Program-made: the position numbers and the translations under genes
In this document: positions 11,375 through 24,962 of the stretch, piece by piece
Position numbering within the stretch: the first letter of the stretch is position 1
Layout: each line of letters starts with the position of its first letter
NCBI GenBank assembly: GCA_013265495.1
Contig: MU058045.1
Span: 381,241 to 445,240 of the forward strand
Length of the DNA stretch: 64,000 nt
DNA from: Vicugna vicugna
Lineage: Eukaryota
Direction of reading: 5' to 3'
Notes under the pieces: model-generated
The model's input: the letters and a program-made list of their open reading frames with translations, nothing else
Told to the model about the DNA's origin: nothing
Databases searched by the model: none

Positions 11375-12495
11375 TGTGATTTTTGTAATTTATAAATAAC
11401 AAATGTATATTGTGTCTTTGTCCCTATTTCTGGCACAGAGCTCCTAAAACCCTTGGAATTTCCCAATCGATAAGAGCAATGGGAATCTTTTGTTTTATTT
11501 TTTAATAAAGTTTGTTTTCTCGGTTTTTATTTATTTGTCTTATTTTGGGGGAGGTAATTAGGTTTATCTATTTAGTTATTTTAGTGGAGGTACTGGGGAT
11601 TGAACCCAGAACCTCATGCATGCTAAGTACACGCTCTACCACTGAGCTATACCCTGCCCCCTGGGAGTGTTTTGCTATAGTATTTGGTCTTCTGTCTTTG
11701 GTTCCTGAAATGGTACCAGGGCCATAAACGTGAGAGGAATGTCTTGTGTCACAACAAGTGTCGTAACAAGCTTCTTTCAACCACACCTGAGTTTGTTAAT
11801 GGAGTGACTTTTGGAAAGCACCTAAGGATGGGGGCTGGTTGCCAAGGGAACCAGCTCTGTGATTAGAGGATTAGAACTGTCAATCTCGAACTTCCAGGGA
11901 GGCAAGAGAGGCTAGAGATTGCGCTCATTCACTAACGGCTGATGATTTAATCAATCCTGCGTACATAGCAGAGTCTCCTTAAAACCCTAAAAGGACCGGG
12001 TTTGGAGAGTTTCTGGGTTGATGAACATGTGGAGATGCCGGGAGTTGCCGGGAGGGTGGCATGCCCCTTCCCACATACCCTGCCCTGTGCATCTCTTTCA
12101 TCCAGCTGTTCCCGAGTTGTATCTTTTTGTAATAAACTGGTAATCTAGTAAGTAAACTGTTTTCTTAAATTCTGTGAGCCTCTCTAGCAAATTAATGCAT
12201 CCTAAGGAAGAAGTGTTGGGAACTCCTGATTCACAGCTGTATAAGCACAGGTGACAACCTGGACTCTCCCTTGGTGTCTGAAACATGTAGGAAGGGACAG
12301 TCTTATAGGACTGAGCCCTTAATCTGTGGGATCGGACACTATCTCCAGGTAGACAGTGCTGGAACTGAGTTAAATCGTTGGACAGTCAGGTGGTGTCGCA
12401 GAAATAACCCACACATCTGGTGTCAGAAGTAAAGTAGTGTTGTAGGAGCATTGAGAGTAAAGGAGACATGCAGCAGGAAGTGGGTTTTTTTGGCA
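11375..12495. mobile_element. Solo LTR (MER21-like, ERVL class) inserted in an old L1
   Basis: TG...CA termini; near-TSD cattc (11370-11374) / ccttc (12496-12500); internal aataaa at 12131-12136; the flanks rejoin as L1MC-like gggacattc|tctaaaacaactggcctg. Confidence 0.65.
11490..11661 (-). mobile_element. tRNA-derived SINE (Vic-1-like) nested in the LTR
   Basis: Same head and body as the other copies; degenerate TSD gggaatcttttg / gggagtgttttg. Confidence 0.85.
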
Positions 12496-13624
12496 CCTTC
12501 TCTAAAACAACTGGCCTGGAGGGTGGCAATGAACAGCCAGTCCTCACCTCGCCTTGGTACCAACTCATTCCAATTTGCCTGAGATTGTCCCAGTTTTAGC
12601 ATCAAAAGTCCTCGGTCCTGGGAACCTTCTCAGTCCCAGGCAAACCAGAGTGGTTATTGTCCACTCCCAGGCTGCTCCCACCCAAAAATATTCACTGCTC
12701 ACTGCCAGCCCAGGAGGGTAGATGATATTTATTCCTTCAACAAGCTTTTGCTGACACTGGAAATGTGTCCAGCAAAGCAGACTCAGTCCCCACCCTTACA
12801 GACCACGTGAAATTCCTTCTTTGCATTGAAGTGGTAGTAATCAAACAGGGCCTCTAAAACAAAACAAAACAGAATAAACCCCTTATTTCCCCATTATAAT
12901 GGAAGAAAATTTGAGAAGAAAAGCGTAAAAAGGCAGAGAAAAAAATCACACTGGCAAATTTCCTTTCAGTATTTTTCCTACACATTTCCCAAGTCACTTC
13001 CGATCAGCGTCCAAAAAAATGCAAGTTAATTTTAATTTTGGCTGCAAACCAAGAACAAAAAGGTTAAGTGTATTGAATTAATTTTTCAAGCCGAAGTTAA
13101 AGGCTCTAAAGATGATCTGCTGTCTCCAAGGGTCCAATCCCTGTTTTTTTCCATTAGCAGGTGTGATCACAGGCCTGGCTGAGGCGGGTAATGACTTTCC
13201 CTCCTCAGCAAGGCTTCCTGCTTTGCAGTTTTTTGTTTTTTACAAATTAAAACGCTGCATTCACTTGATAACGAATCAAGTAGAACAGAGGAGATTACCA
13301 TGAAAAGCAACAGTGCCTCACCCCTTCCCATCCTGTCCCACCCCACCCCACCCCACTCCACTGACCTAGAGGCAACTCCTCTCAACGGTTTCTGTTTTTA
13401 TTTCTTCTAGAAGTTATTTCCAAAATCATAGCTCAAATGTCCATACTTTCGTTCTTTATATATCAACTGTAGTGAATGTTGACTTTCCAACATAAAACAA
13501 GAGGCATTTAACTCAGTTACATTCCCTCTCTCTCCTCTTCCCAGTGATGACTATTTATATTATTTTTGTTTGTTTGTTTTTAGATTATTTTGGTTCTGTG
13601 TAGTTTGGGGTTTTTTCCCTTTTA

Positions 13625-14390
13625 AGTTTTTTTTAATTGAAATATAGTCAGTTTACAATGTTGTGTTAATTTCTGGTGTACAGTATAGTGATTCATATAT
13701 ATATATATATATATATTCCTTTTCATATTTTTTTGACTATAGGCTATTACAAAGTATTGAATATAGTTCCCTGTGCTACACAGTAGGTCCTCACTGTTTA
13801 TCTATCTTATATATAGTAGTACCTGCAAATCCCACATTCCCAATTTATCTCACCATCCCTCCTTCTGTCTCTAGTAACCACAAGTTTGTTTTCTATGTCT
13901 GTGAGTCTGTTTCTATTCTGTAAATAAGTTTATTTGTCTCATTTTTAAGATTCTACATGTAAGTAATATCATATGGTATTTTTTTTCTTTCTAGCTTACT
14001 TTACCTAGTATGACAATCTCCAGGTCCATCCATGTTGCTGCAAATGACATTATTTTATTCTTTTTTATGGCTGAGTAGTATTCCATTGTGTATATATGCC
14101 ACAACTTCTTTATCCAATCATCTGTTGATGGACATTTAGGTTGCTTCCATGTCTTGGCTATTGTAAATAGTGCTACTGTGAACACTGGGGTGCATGTATC
14201 TTTTCAAATTAGAGTTCCCCCTCGATATATGCCCAGGTGTGGGGTCCTAGATCATATGATAAGCCTATTTTTACTTTTTTAAGGAATCGCCATACTGTTT
14301 TCCGTAATGGCTGTACCAAACTACACTCCCACTAACAATGTAGGAGGGTTCCCTTTTCTCCACACCCTCTCCAGCATTTATTTGTGGACT
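13625..14390 (-). mobile_element. L1 3' end including the ORF2 C-terminus
   Basis: ORF 13991-14185 (MFTVALFTIAKTWKQPKCPSTDDWIKKLWHIYTMEYYSAIKKN..SFAATWMDLEIVIL) is the classic L1 ORF2p C-terminus, followed by 3' UTR and tail. Confidence 0.9.
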
Positions 14391-16726
14391 TACTGGTTCC
14401 GTCTACTTTGGTTCTGTCCCTTCTCAGTATCTCTGGAAAGAAAGACCAGCTTCTAGCTCCTTTTCCTCTCCTCACTTCCACATGCAACCTTTTCTCAGCC
14501 TCACATTTACAAAGTCAAGATTTTGAGTATTTACAATCATTCCTGCAACCACAACAAGTCTTCTGGATATTTCTACATTGACTCTAAAAGTTGAGATCCA
14601 GTGAACAGTACTTACATAATGATGGCCATGTGAATAATGGTCAAACTCAGGCCAAACAATGGGCAGGATTACACTTTCTACTCCATGTGCTCAGTCCTAC
14701 AACCCACGAGACTATTTCAACTATTGTGTCAATGAAATCCAACCATGTCATTATTATACCTTGATTATCATTTAAATCAAAAAATATCTTCTTCAGTTTT
14801 GGAATTTTCCTAGAGATTCTGATTGCTTTTCTTTCTTCTTGGACTCTTTACTTATATCATGTCTTACTTTTTTCCAAGTTATCGTTCATACCATTCATTC
14901 AAGCCCCATTTTGCCTCCTCCTCCCACTGGAACTCATTACTCCTTAAACTTGCTCTACAGTCATCATCCTGGCACCTTCATTCACTGAACTTCGAGCTTA
15001 GATTCACTGTTTACTATATGTTATTTTGTCTTCTATCTGATTTGTGACCACATTTTCTAGAATACATCCTCCATTTTCTAGAACAGTGTGTATGAAGGCC
15101 AACTTTGCATGTCAGAACAAGTCTTTATCTGTTTGGCTAGATATAAAATTCTAGGTAGAAATTCTTTTCTCTCAAAACTGTGCATGCATTTCTCCATTCA
15201 ATCTTCTAGGATGTGGTGTTATTTGAAAAGTCTCTAGTCATTTTGATTCTTGTTTCTTTGGAGATGAATTGTTTTTCTCTTTAGAAACTTTTAACATCTC
15301 TTTATTCCGAATGTTCTGAAATTTCATGCAGAAGTGTCTAAATATGATTTTTCATTCATTAACTTGAGCACAAAATAAACTCTTTCACAATGAAGACGTG
15401 ACCTTCAGTTGTGGAAATTTTCTTATTTTTTCCTAAGATATTTTCCTTCCCTCCAACTTATTCATCATTATTTTCTGGGGTTCCTAATAACTGTACAGTC
15501 CTTTAGGATTGGTGTTCTATGCTTGCTGTCTTTCTTCCCTGATTCTACTTTTTCCTCTTTTTGCTTTATATTTTTAGGAATTTTTTTTCTCAACTCTATG
15601 TTTTAATCCTTATATTGAACACTTTATTTTTGTAACCACATGTTTAGTCTCTGCAAAGTATTTCTTGTTCTCTGATTGTTCCTTTTTCACAGAGCATCCA
15701 GTTCTTGCTTGATGGATATTTTGTCTTTTTGAATCTCTAAGTATATTAAGTAGTTCTCTTTATATCCTGAATTATCTCTGTTTCCTCCAGTGTCAGTTTT
15801 TTTGTTTGTTTATTTTGGTCTTTCTTTGCAAGCTACTGGTTCTCCTCACATGCATGGTGATCACTGGCAATTTTTAATAAAGAATTACCCACGTATTCTG
15901 GGCTTCCTCTGCTGGTATATGTATTATACTACTTCTCCTCTAGGTTTCTCCCCGGTGGAAATTCTGACTAGAAATTCTTTGTGGATCAGGATAGAACATA
16001 ACAACTGAAAGGCTTCAATTGGGGTGGGAAGGGTTGATGGTTGACTATCAGACAGTGGGCTACCCCAAATGCTTGACTAAGGAACATTTATTCTGGACCT
16101 CCAACATTCATACTAGAAGCACTAACTTCCGTCAGACAGTTGGTTCAATTTCTTTAGAGACAAGATATCTGACATTTTGTCTGAGGGAAAATGGCTTCTG
16201 GTGAGGAAGGGAAGTGGGATCATAACTGATGCTGGTGGCCTGTCTTCCAGGTCTTCAGTCAATCCTGGGTTTTGTGTTCATTCTAAACTATTATACCATG
16301 ACCCTTCCCCAACCCTAATCAACCCCTGCTCCTGTACTAGCATGGAAAGACCTGCCTTAAACCAGACTTCAAAGTCTCAGTAAATGCCATGGCCTTGCTC
16401 ATCTTCCCATGAGGTTGTTGTGAGACTGTCAAGGGGTAAGCAATAAACTCGGCTTTGTCTTGTCAACAGATTGTTCTAGAGATATTAGGGGAGCCAGCAC
16501 TTGACAAGGTGCTGGGAACAGAGCAGTGAATAATACCCTCATTGAATTTATTCTAGAAATAGGTAATAAGCAGGTAAAATAGGAAGTAGGTAATTTTCTA
16601 TTTTACAATGTAGTTGGGGAGATAGTAGTCAAACAAGTCATTACAAATTGTGATAACTAAGAAGGAAATAAAGGGCACAAAATAGAGAATGGGGGCAGCT
16701 GGGAACCTAATTTTAAAAGATGATCT

Positions 16727-16825
16727 GGGGGCAGGGGTATAGCTCAATGGTAAGCAGGTGCTTAACATGCACGAGGTCCTGCGTTCAATCTCCAGTATCT
16801 CCATTGAAGAAAAAAGGAAAAGAAA
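16727..16825 (+). mobile_element. tRNA-derived SINE (Vic-1-like, short)
   Basis: GGGGCAGGGGTATAGCTCAATGGTAAG...CGTTCAATCTCCAGTATCTCC plus A-rich tail. Confidence 0.8.
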
Positions 16826-17329
16826 GGATTGTTTCAGGCAAGCTCACCTTCCCTTTGGGGCCAGGAAGGGCAAGGGGTCTTGTCAGGCAGATTACCTCAC
16901 TAGTGTTGATCAGGAAATTCCAGATTGATTGATTTAAAACTCTACACCTGGGGGAGGCTGAAACTGCAATTAGGTTAGATATACGTTTTGGGTTTGCAGG
17001 CATGGTTTAGAACTAGTGACTCCATTTAGAGTCAATCTAAAGAACTTTTGTGGCTCCACCTTGAGCTCTCCCTAGCTGCAGGACATTGCAGTTTAAGTCA
17101 ACTACCAATTGATCTTTGCGGAAAGTAGTGAAAATCCGACCACATGAACAGGATGCCTTCAGGCTCTTTCCATTACTTGCAGGAGAGAATTGCCTTTAGG
17201 TGCCGCTGCTAAAATCCAAGTATGCCTTGGCCTCTAACCATGTGGACTGAGGGACTATTAAAACCAGCCACACACAGCCTAGTTACCATGCCCTGGGGGC
17301 CTGAATTAGCAATCCCGCTGGTACTGGAC

Positions 17330-18233
17330 TAGCCCCGCAGGAGTTGCCGTGGTCTCGCAGCCCGGCCACCCGCGCACAAGCCGCGTGGAGTTTCTGTTGA
17401 TTCCGCTCCCTCCCTCGGAGCCGCCGACCCGCCGGGTGGAGAGTGCTCAGCCGCGCAGCCCATCTCGCCGGCTGCACACTCACACAAACAGCGGCCCGCT
17501 TTTCCAGGCCTGGGCGGTGGGTGCCTGCCGGCCGGGACTCGCTCCAGATTCTGCAAGCCACCCGGCGCGCGCCCCGCTCCGTGCACTGCGCTCCACCGGA
17601 CTCGGAGTTTAATCACACAAACAGTGTCCGGCTTCCTGTCCTCATCTCCCCCTCCCGCCCCGTTTCCCTGGCCCCTCCCTCTCCCCAGCCCGATCCGCCC
17701 GCCCGCTCCCCCTCCCCCGATCCCTCGGGTCCCGGGATGGGGGGGCGGTGAGGCAGCCACAGCCCCCCGCCCCCATGGCCACCCGTCGGAGCCAGAAGCG
17801 GAGGGGGCGCCGGGGGGAGCCCGGCACCGCCCTGCTGGCCCCGCTCGTGCTGGGCCTGGGCCTGGCGCTGGCCTGCCTTGGCCTCCTGCTGGCCGTGGTC
17901 AGCCTGGGGAGCCGGGCATCGCTGTCTGCCCAGGTGAGGCCCGGCTACACACCCCTCCCTGGGCAGATCAGGAGCGGAGCCTGCGGAGCAGCTGATGGGG
18001 CCGGGTGGGCCGAGGGCAAGGGGCCAGGAAGATGGGTGGAGGGTGAGATGTCAGGTGGAGAAGGACAGGGTGACGCTGCCTCCTTCCCAGCAGGAGCCTT
18101 CGCAGGGGGAGCTGGTGGCAGAGGAGGACCAAGACCCGCTGGTGAGTGGGCGTGGGTGCTGGCTGCGGGCGTGGGAAGTGTGCGCCGCCTGAGGGTGCAG
18201 GTTCTGCCCTGGTTGTGCCAGCCGCGCGCGCGC

Positions 18234-18267
<34 letters not shown>

Positions 18268-18270
18268 GGG
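17330..18270. promoter_or_regulatory. CpG island / TNFSF12 promoter and first exons
   Basis: High GC and CpG density around the TNFSF12 ATG, with GC boxes and an ETS-like cttcctgt at about 17632. Confidence 0.75.
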
Positions 18271-21200
18271 GGTGCACGCACCAGCCATGCCATGTGTGGG
18301 TACCTGACAGAGGGTGACAACCGTGTGTAAGGGGTTTGTGCCACATTTGTGTCACCCAAGTACGAAGTGTTTATTGGCCATGCAGGGGGGTGGGAGCATG
18401 AGATGGGTAAGCTGCTGTGGAAGAGGATGCTGGTTGTGTGTGCAGGATGTGGACCCCTGTGCACGCTGACAGGATGTGGGCATGTGCATGATGTACCAAT
18501 TGCTCGCAGGGTCTATGCTGGTTGTGGGGGTTAGGGGGTGTGGCTCATCTTGGGAAAGGGGCAAGGGCTGGGGCCTGATGGGTGGCCCCGACCACTCCTG
18601 GCTGAGAGACTTGGTCCCTCCCTAAGACATCTGTGCCTCTGGCTGGTGCCTCCCCTGACGGGCCCCTTGTCCATCTCAGTTTAAGTCTCTGGGAGTCCCT
18701 GGCAAGATCTTGGTTTAGCCCTGCCCTTAATTCCCCTAGGACCTGAATCCCCAGACAGAGGAAAGCCAGGACACCGTGTCTTTCCTGAAACTGGTTCGGC
18801 CTCGCAGAAGTGGTAAACGGCCCTTTATCCCAACCTCAGGAATAATAATAGTGGCTGGTCTGTGATGGCTTCTGGACTCATGACTGCTTTTGTTCATCAT
18901 AACAGCAGGCAGAGTAAAACCCATTAACCTCCCTTAGGGAGACAGAAACTTAAGCACAGAGTAAACGGGGCTCGGAGTCATGGAGCTAAATAGTCGAGAC
19001 TCAAACCTAGAATTCTGACCTTCCCTCTGAAGCTCCTTCCATTCACGGACCTGCTTCTCACTTCAGACCCAACCCCAAATATGAAGGAGGGATGGCCAGG
19101 AGTTAGGAGAACCCCTGGGATCTTGATGAAGACCAGGTAAGGGAGTCAGAGGTCTGGATCCCAGTAAGCAAAGAGACTTATGACTGGGGTGACCATGTAT
19201 CCAGGTTTGCCAGGAACTGTCCTGGTTTCCACCTGTTAGCACAGTGTGATGACTAATAGCGCCCCTCTTGCTCTCAAAGTCATTCCAGTTTGGATGATAA
19301 ATTATACGTTGCTTTACTTGTGGAGAAAGATAAGGCCTGAGGGTCTGAGGTCAAGAGTCTGGACAAGGATTAGGATGCCAGGGTTCTGAGGAGAACGGGC
19401 CTGAGGGAGTAGCTCCCGGCCTCCTAGACGTGGGGGTGCTTTGCCCATCTGTCTTTCCTTGATTCTCAGCACCTAAAGGCCGGAAACCACGGGCTCGCAG
19501 AGCGATTGCAGCCCACTTTGAAGGTGGGTGATGGCGAGCGGTGCCCCAGGGGTAGGGGTAGCAGAGAGGCAGGGCCGGGCTCACCGTGCCTTTCCTGTGT
19601 CTTACAGTTCACCCACGGCCGGGACAGGATGGCGCACAGGCAGGTGAGACCCCATCCCCACCTCTGAGCTCCTCCCTGACCCCCACAGCACTGGCCTTCT
19701 GGAAAAGGGGCCCCTCAAAATCTTCACTCCCCAACCCCACCTCAAGCCTTGGAACCCCAGAAGCCAGTTCGGGAAAGTGCTCAGGGCTCGGTTCCCTGGG
19801 CTCCCAAACCTGAACTTTGTCTATGACCCAGACCCCAGGGCCCCAGGGAGACCCCTTCCCCTCTCAGACCCCAGGCAGATTCCCCCTCCAACCACCACCC
19901 AGCTCCTCCCTCAGCCCTCACTCGTCTCCAAGAATTACCTTTGACTTTTCTCTTCTTCCCCCTTCATATTCCAAGTCTTCATGCTCTGATCATTTTTCTC
20001 AGATGTTTCCAGTCTCTGCACATCTGTTCCATCCCTACCTCACCCCCTGCCACCTCAGCATCATGACCTTGGAACCTCAAACCCAGTCTGTAGCCCCTCC
20101 CCCATTCCAGACTTACCCCATCCCCTCCTCTGTCCCACTTGTGTTGCTGGACTCAGCCCTGCTAAACCACCTTTCACTGTCCTTTGCTTCTCTGCTTGGA
20201 TTCCAGCCTCTCCATGGTCTGATCTCCACCTCTTTTCCCTGCACACACTTAAGCCTTCTCCACTCTTGTTAGGCTGACCCCCCCCCCACCAATGTGCCTC
20301 TTCTGGACTTTGCACATACTGTTCCTTTACCTGGAATGCCCTTCCATGGGACAAGCCAGGAGCCAAGACACGAAGGTGGCTTAGCCTGGGGGCTGGCAGT
20401 GGAGATGGAGAGAAGTGGATGGATTCAGCAGGTAGCTTGAAGATAGGGCTTCCTGTGTGAGGGGTCAGATGTGCAGGGTAAGGGAAAGGGAGAAATCAGA
20501 AATGACTTCTAGATTTTTAACTCGGGCATCTTTGGGAATAATGCTGCCCTTTATTAGGATGGGGTTAACCAGGGAGGAAATAGGTTGAGAGGCGTGTAAA
20601 TGGATAATTGAATTTGAGGTTGAGTAATAAATAAGTGAAGAGATAATAATAAACAAGTGAGTTTCACAAATAGATGGCGGCACATGGCGGACTAGCTCAG
20701 GCTGGGTCAGGATGTTCAGAGTCAGGAGTCATCACCATATGGATGGTATTTAAAGCTATGGGACTGGATGAGTCACCCAGGGGGAAAGAGGGGCCCCATG
20801 AGCAAAGCCCTGAGGCTCTTGGACATTTACAAGTGCAGCAGAGGAGGAGAACCCAGCAGAGACTGAGAAGCAGCCAGAGAGAGGGAAGAAACTCAGGGAG
20901 GGAAGTGTCCTGGAATCTCAGAGAAGACACAGTTTCAAGAAGGAGGATGTGGCTGTCTGTGCTGAGTACAACTGAGAGGTCACATGAGATGAGAACAGAG
21001 TAAAGACCACTGGGTTTGGTAACGTGAAAAGTCAACTGGTGACCTTGACAAGGGCGTAGTCAGTGGTGTGGTTGGGATGAGAAGCCAGAATAGATTGGAT
21101 TAAGAGAAAATGGGAAATAGAAATTGGAGACAGTGACAACCCTTTCTAGAAGTTTCTCTGGGACAGGAGCTGAACAATGGGCTAGGAGGTGGAGGAGGAT

Positions 21201-24200
21201 GTGAGTCAAGGAAAAGTTCAGTCCTTTTAGGGATAAGCAATACATGAATACATAAATCTTGTCTGATATTTATTGAGTGTTTCATCTCATCTAATCCCCC
21301 CAACAGTCTTAAAGGGAAGATATTCTGATCATCTCCACTTTTCTAGATAGAGGTTACTTAACATGTCTGAGGTCATGATGACACTAAGAGGTGGAGCCGG
21401 GATTTGAACCCAGTGAGTGAGTGCTTGTGTCCTGGGCATCGTTTGTGTGAGAGGCAGGGGATGGAGGACCCTGCAGGCAACGTCCAAGAAGGTGGGAGGG
21501 GGTGGCTTCCAGAAGGAAGAGAGGGATACATCATCCCATCACCATGAGAGTCAATGGGTCAGTGGGGAACGCAAGAACCGGTCAGTTTGTGATTTTGGTT
21601 TGGGGACATGAAGGAGCCTTTACCTGCTAACTTCTAGGTCTTCTGCAGAAGGAAGGAGACAGGGGCAGGGGCTCTGAGGAAAGATGGTACCAAGCCTTAT
21701 CTTGGTGAATGCAAAAGCAAGCTTAGTGGGGGAAAGAAGGACGATTGCCAGGCAGTAAGGAATGCATTGTGGTTGTGAGACTGAGTGACACCAGGGTCCC
21801 AGGCACACCAGGCCCTTGGCCACAACCAGCCTTTGCTCAAGCTGGTTCCCTGGCCAGGAATGCCCTCCTTCCTTCTCTCCCAGGCCAGCCTTCCTCCTCT
21901 CTGTATGGACCATTTGTCTCGCGGTTACCCAGACATCCATCCATCCATTCATTCATTCATTCATTGACTCAACACTCATGCACTGAGATCCTACTGTTTA
22001 TAAGGACCCTGCAAGGTGCCCACGGTGAATAATACCTATTCTCAAGGAATTACTGTCTAATAGTGGAGACAAGCAGAAACACTTGTAAATTACAATAGGC
22101 TATGACAAGAACAATAATGAAAGTAAAGCCAGAGGTGCGTGGTGACATAGAGGAAGACAAACCACTTTACAATGGAGTCAGGGGCTCCTTCCCTGAGAAC
22201 TGTGGGTCTTGAAGCATAAGTGTAAGATGGACAGGTGGTCAAGGACATTCCAGGTAGAAGGAACAATTCATGTAAAAGCCCAGAGTCTGCCAAGAGCATC
22301 ATGAGGCTGGGGCCTCAGTGTGGGGAGGAGCAGCCCTGGAGGAGCAGGATGGGGTGAGGCCGGAGAAGAATAAGGAGCCAGGTCACAGATGGAGTCTGGA
22401 AGTTATTCTGAGGTCCAAGGCTCACACCTGCCTTTTAGAAACATCACTGTGTGGCTATGTGTAGTCACACAGGGAATAAACTGGAAAAGGCAAGGTTGAG
22501 TCCAGAGGAGCCCAGAGAGGAAGGAGGCTATGAAGAGTTCCCAGGAAGAAATGGCAAGAGCCAGGCTGGGGAGGGAGATGTAACAGAGCTCTGTGGGTGC
22601 AGAATTGCTAGGAACTGGTGATCAGTGAATAAAGCTGGTGAAGGAGAGGGAGGCTTGGGTGCCAGGTGAGAGGTGGAACCAGCTCAGTGTGGAATGCAGA
22701 CCGTCAGACAAGTTTGGGGAGGGGGAGGTTAAGCTCAGTTTTGGTCTGGATGAGTTGGAGATGCCTGGGGCTGTTCTGATGGCTGATGGCCGGCAGTTAG
22801 CAGTGTCAGGAGGGGCAGGAAAGGGCAGGGCTGGAGACTCAGACTGGAGTCTGCAGAATGAAGGCCAAGGGAACCCATAGGTGGGGATGAAAATGCCCAG
22901 TGAGCTATGTGTTTTCCTTGAGAAAGTAGCAAGGACAGCGCCCCGGGGCTGGCAGAGGATGGGGTCTGGGGGAGGCAGCTGCCCAGGCTGTTGAGATGAA
23001 GCCAGGGAGGCCCTGGAGAGTGGCCTGTGGACCCAACAGAGAGCTGGCACCATGGTCGCCTCCTCCCTGTCTCTTCCCACTGGTTTTTGCTTGGTGCCCA
23101 CCGGAGCAGGCCCAGCTCCAGGGGCCGGGGGCCAGTGGTGAACAAGACCAATGTCCCTGCCCTCTTGGGAGAGTCAGACCCCAAGCCATCACATCCATAA
23201 ATAAACGAGCCAACTTCCCTTGGTGACGCTGGAGAGAAATAAGGTGATGTGGTGGAGAGATTAACAGAGGCGGGGCTGGGACTAGCTTTTTCCGGGGAGG
23301 CCTGGGATGGTCTCTCAGAGGGACCTGACTGACAGAAGGGGCCAGGCAGGGGAGGAATCCTGGCGAGAGGGCAGAGCAGTAAAGGCCCTGGGGGAACAAT
23401 GAGCTTGAGGCCCTGCAGGGGCCCAGTGGCTGGAGTCTCCTGACTTGGAAGAATGTGTGAGGTGAGATAGAGAGGTAAACGGGGTGGCCTGTGGAAGGCC
23501 TGGGAAGCCACTTGAGACTCTGCTCTGTCATTCTACTATCTTCTTTACAATTTGCAATTATCCTCTCTCTAGATTTTGGTGTGTGTGTAGTGGGTGGTGG
23601 TGGTAATGGCTTTGTTGAGACGTAATTCACAAACTATATTAGTTCTTCCCATTTAAAGTGTTCAATTAAGTAGTTTTGAGTATATTCACAGAGTAGTGAG
23701 ACATCATTACAGTAATTTGAGAGCATTTTCATCACTTCAAAAAGAAACCCCATCACCTTCACCCATGACCCCGTATCTCCCTGATCCCCCCCAGCCCTAA
23801 GCAATTACTAATCCACCTTCTGTCTCTACGTATTTGGTTATTTGGACCTTTCATAGAAATCATTTAATAGGTGGTCCTTAGTGACTGGCTTCGTTCATTT
23901 AACATGTTTTCAAGGTTCCAACATGTCGTAACATGTACCAGTATTCCATTTCTTTTTATGGCTGAATAATATTCCATTGTATGGATTTAACACAAGTTTC
24001 CTTATTCATTCATCAATGGATGGATATTTGAGAACCATTTGATTATTTTTAGTTTTAATAATCCAAGTAATGCATCTCCAAGTGAAAGAGCAAACAATAG
24101 AGACACAAACTGTAAAAGCCCCCACACTTCTTCCATCCTACTCGTCTCCCCGGAAGTGGCTGGTAACAGCTTGCTCTGTATCCTTCTGGTCATATATGTG

Positions 24201-24962
24201 GAATTTATTTGCATAACTTCCTGTTACACTAGGGCTCCCTGGGCTGTGGCTCCTCCCTTGCCCTCGGTCATCTAGATATCTTCTGGGTAAAGTGGGCCCA
24301 AAGATTTATAAACTCAGTGGGTCCCAGGTGAGAAATGGTGAGAAAGTTCTGTAAAGGGACTGTCCCCTGTCTCTGAACATCCATATTCAGGTGTGGACGG
24401 GACGGTGAGTGGCTGGGAGGAGGCCAAAATCAACAGCTCCAACCCACTGCGCTATGATCGCCAAAGCGGGGAGTTTATAGTCACCCGGGCTGGGCTCTAC
24501 TACCTGTATTGTCAGGTAAGCCGCACCTGGCTCTGCAGGCCAAGCAGGAACTGAGGGAGAAGCGCTGGCTTAGGGGGTGGGGGCACGTTAACGGTGGGGG
24601 GCAGGAGCTAGAGGTTTGGGCTGGATAGGAGACCTGGGTCCCCAAGGAAATGGGAGATTGAGCCGAGGGCCAGCAGAGGCCTGGACTCTGCCACCCTCCC
24701 CCACCCCTAGGTGCACTTTGATGAGGGAAAGGCTGTCTACCTGAAGCTGGACTTGCTGGTGGATGACACGCTTGCCCTGCGCTGCCTGGAGGAGTTCTCG
24801 GCCACGGCAGCGAGCTCCCTCGGGCCCCAGCTCCGTCTCTGCCAGGTGTCTGGGCTGTTGCCCCTGCGGCCAGGGTCCTCCCTGCGGATCCGCACCCTCC
24901 CCTGGGCCCATCTCAAGGCCGCCCCCTTCCTCACCTACTTTGGACTCTTCCAAGTTCACTGA
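17775..24962 (+). CDS. TNFSF12: TNF superfamily member 12 (TWEAK), 248 aa, 7 exons
   Basis: Exons 17775-17933, 18094-18141, 18740-18812, 19470-19523, 19608-19643, 24391-24515, 24711-24962 (747 nt, all GT-AG). MATRRSQKRRGRR, a TM segment, basic furin-type site RKPRARR, and a TNF domain ending FLTYFGLFQVH*. Confidence 0.97.
18223..18264. repeat. (CG)7(TG)14 alternating purine-pyrimidine tract
   Basis: Read directly; lies in TNFSF12 intron 2. Confidence 0.95.
20270..23530. mobile_element. Cluster of ancient L2/MIR fragments in TNFSF12 intron 5
   Basis: L2-like motifs (gcagtggagatgggagaagtggatggattca; ggtgaccttgacaag; cattcattcattca) and MIR-like ggagccgggatttgaaccc. Boundaries are approximate. 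Confidence 0.55.

Noticed and set aside
22622..23630. Long minus-strand ORFs (159-258 aa) in TNFSF12 intron 5
   Set aside because: GC-rich, L2-derived sequence with P/S/L-biased composition and no recognisable domain.
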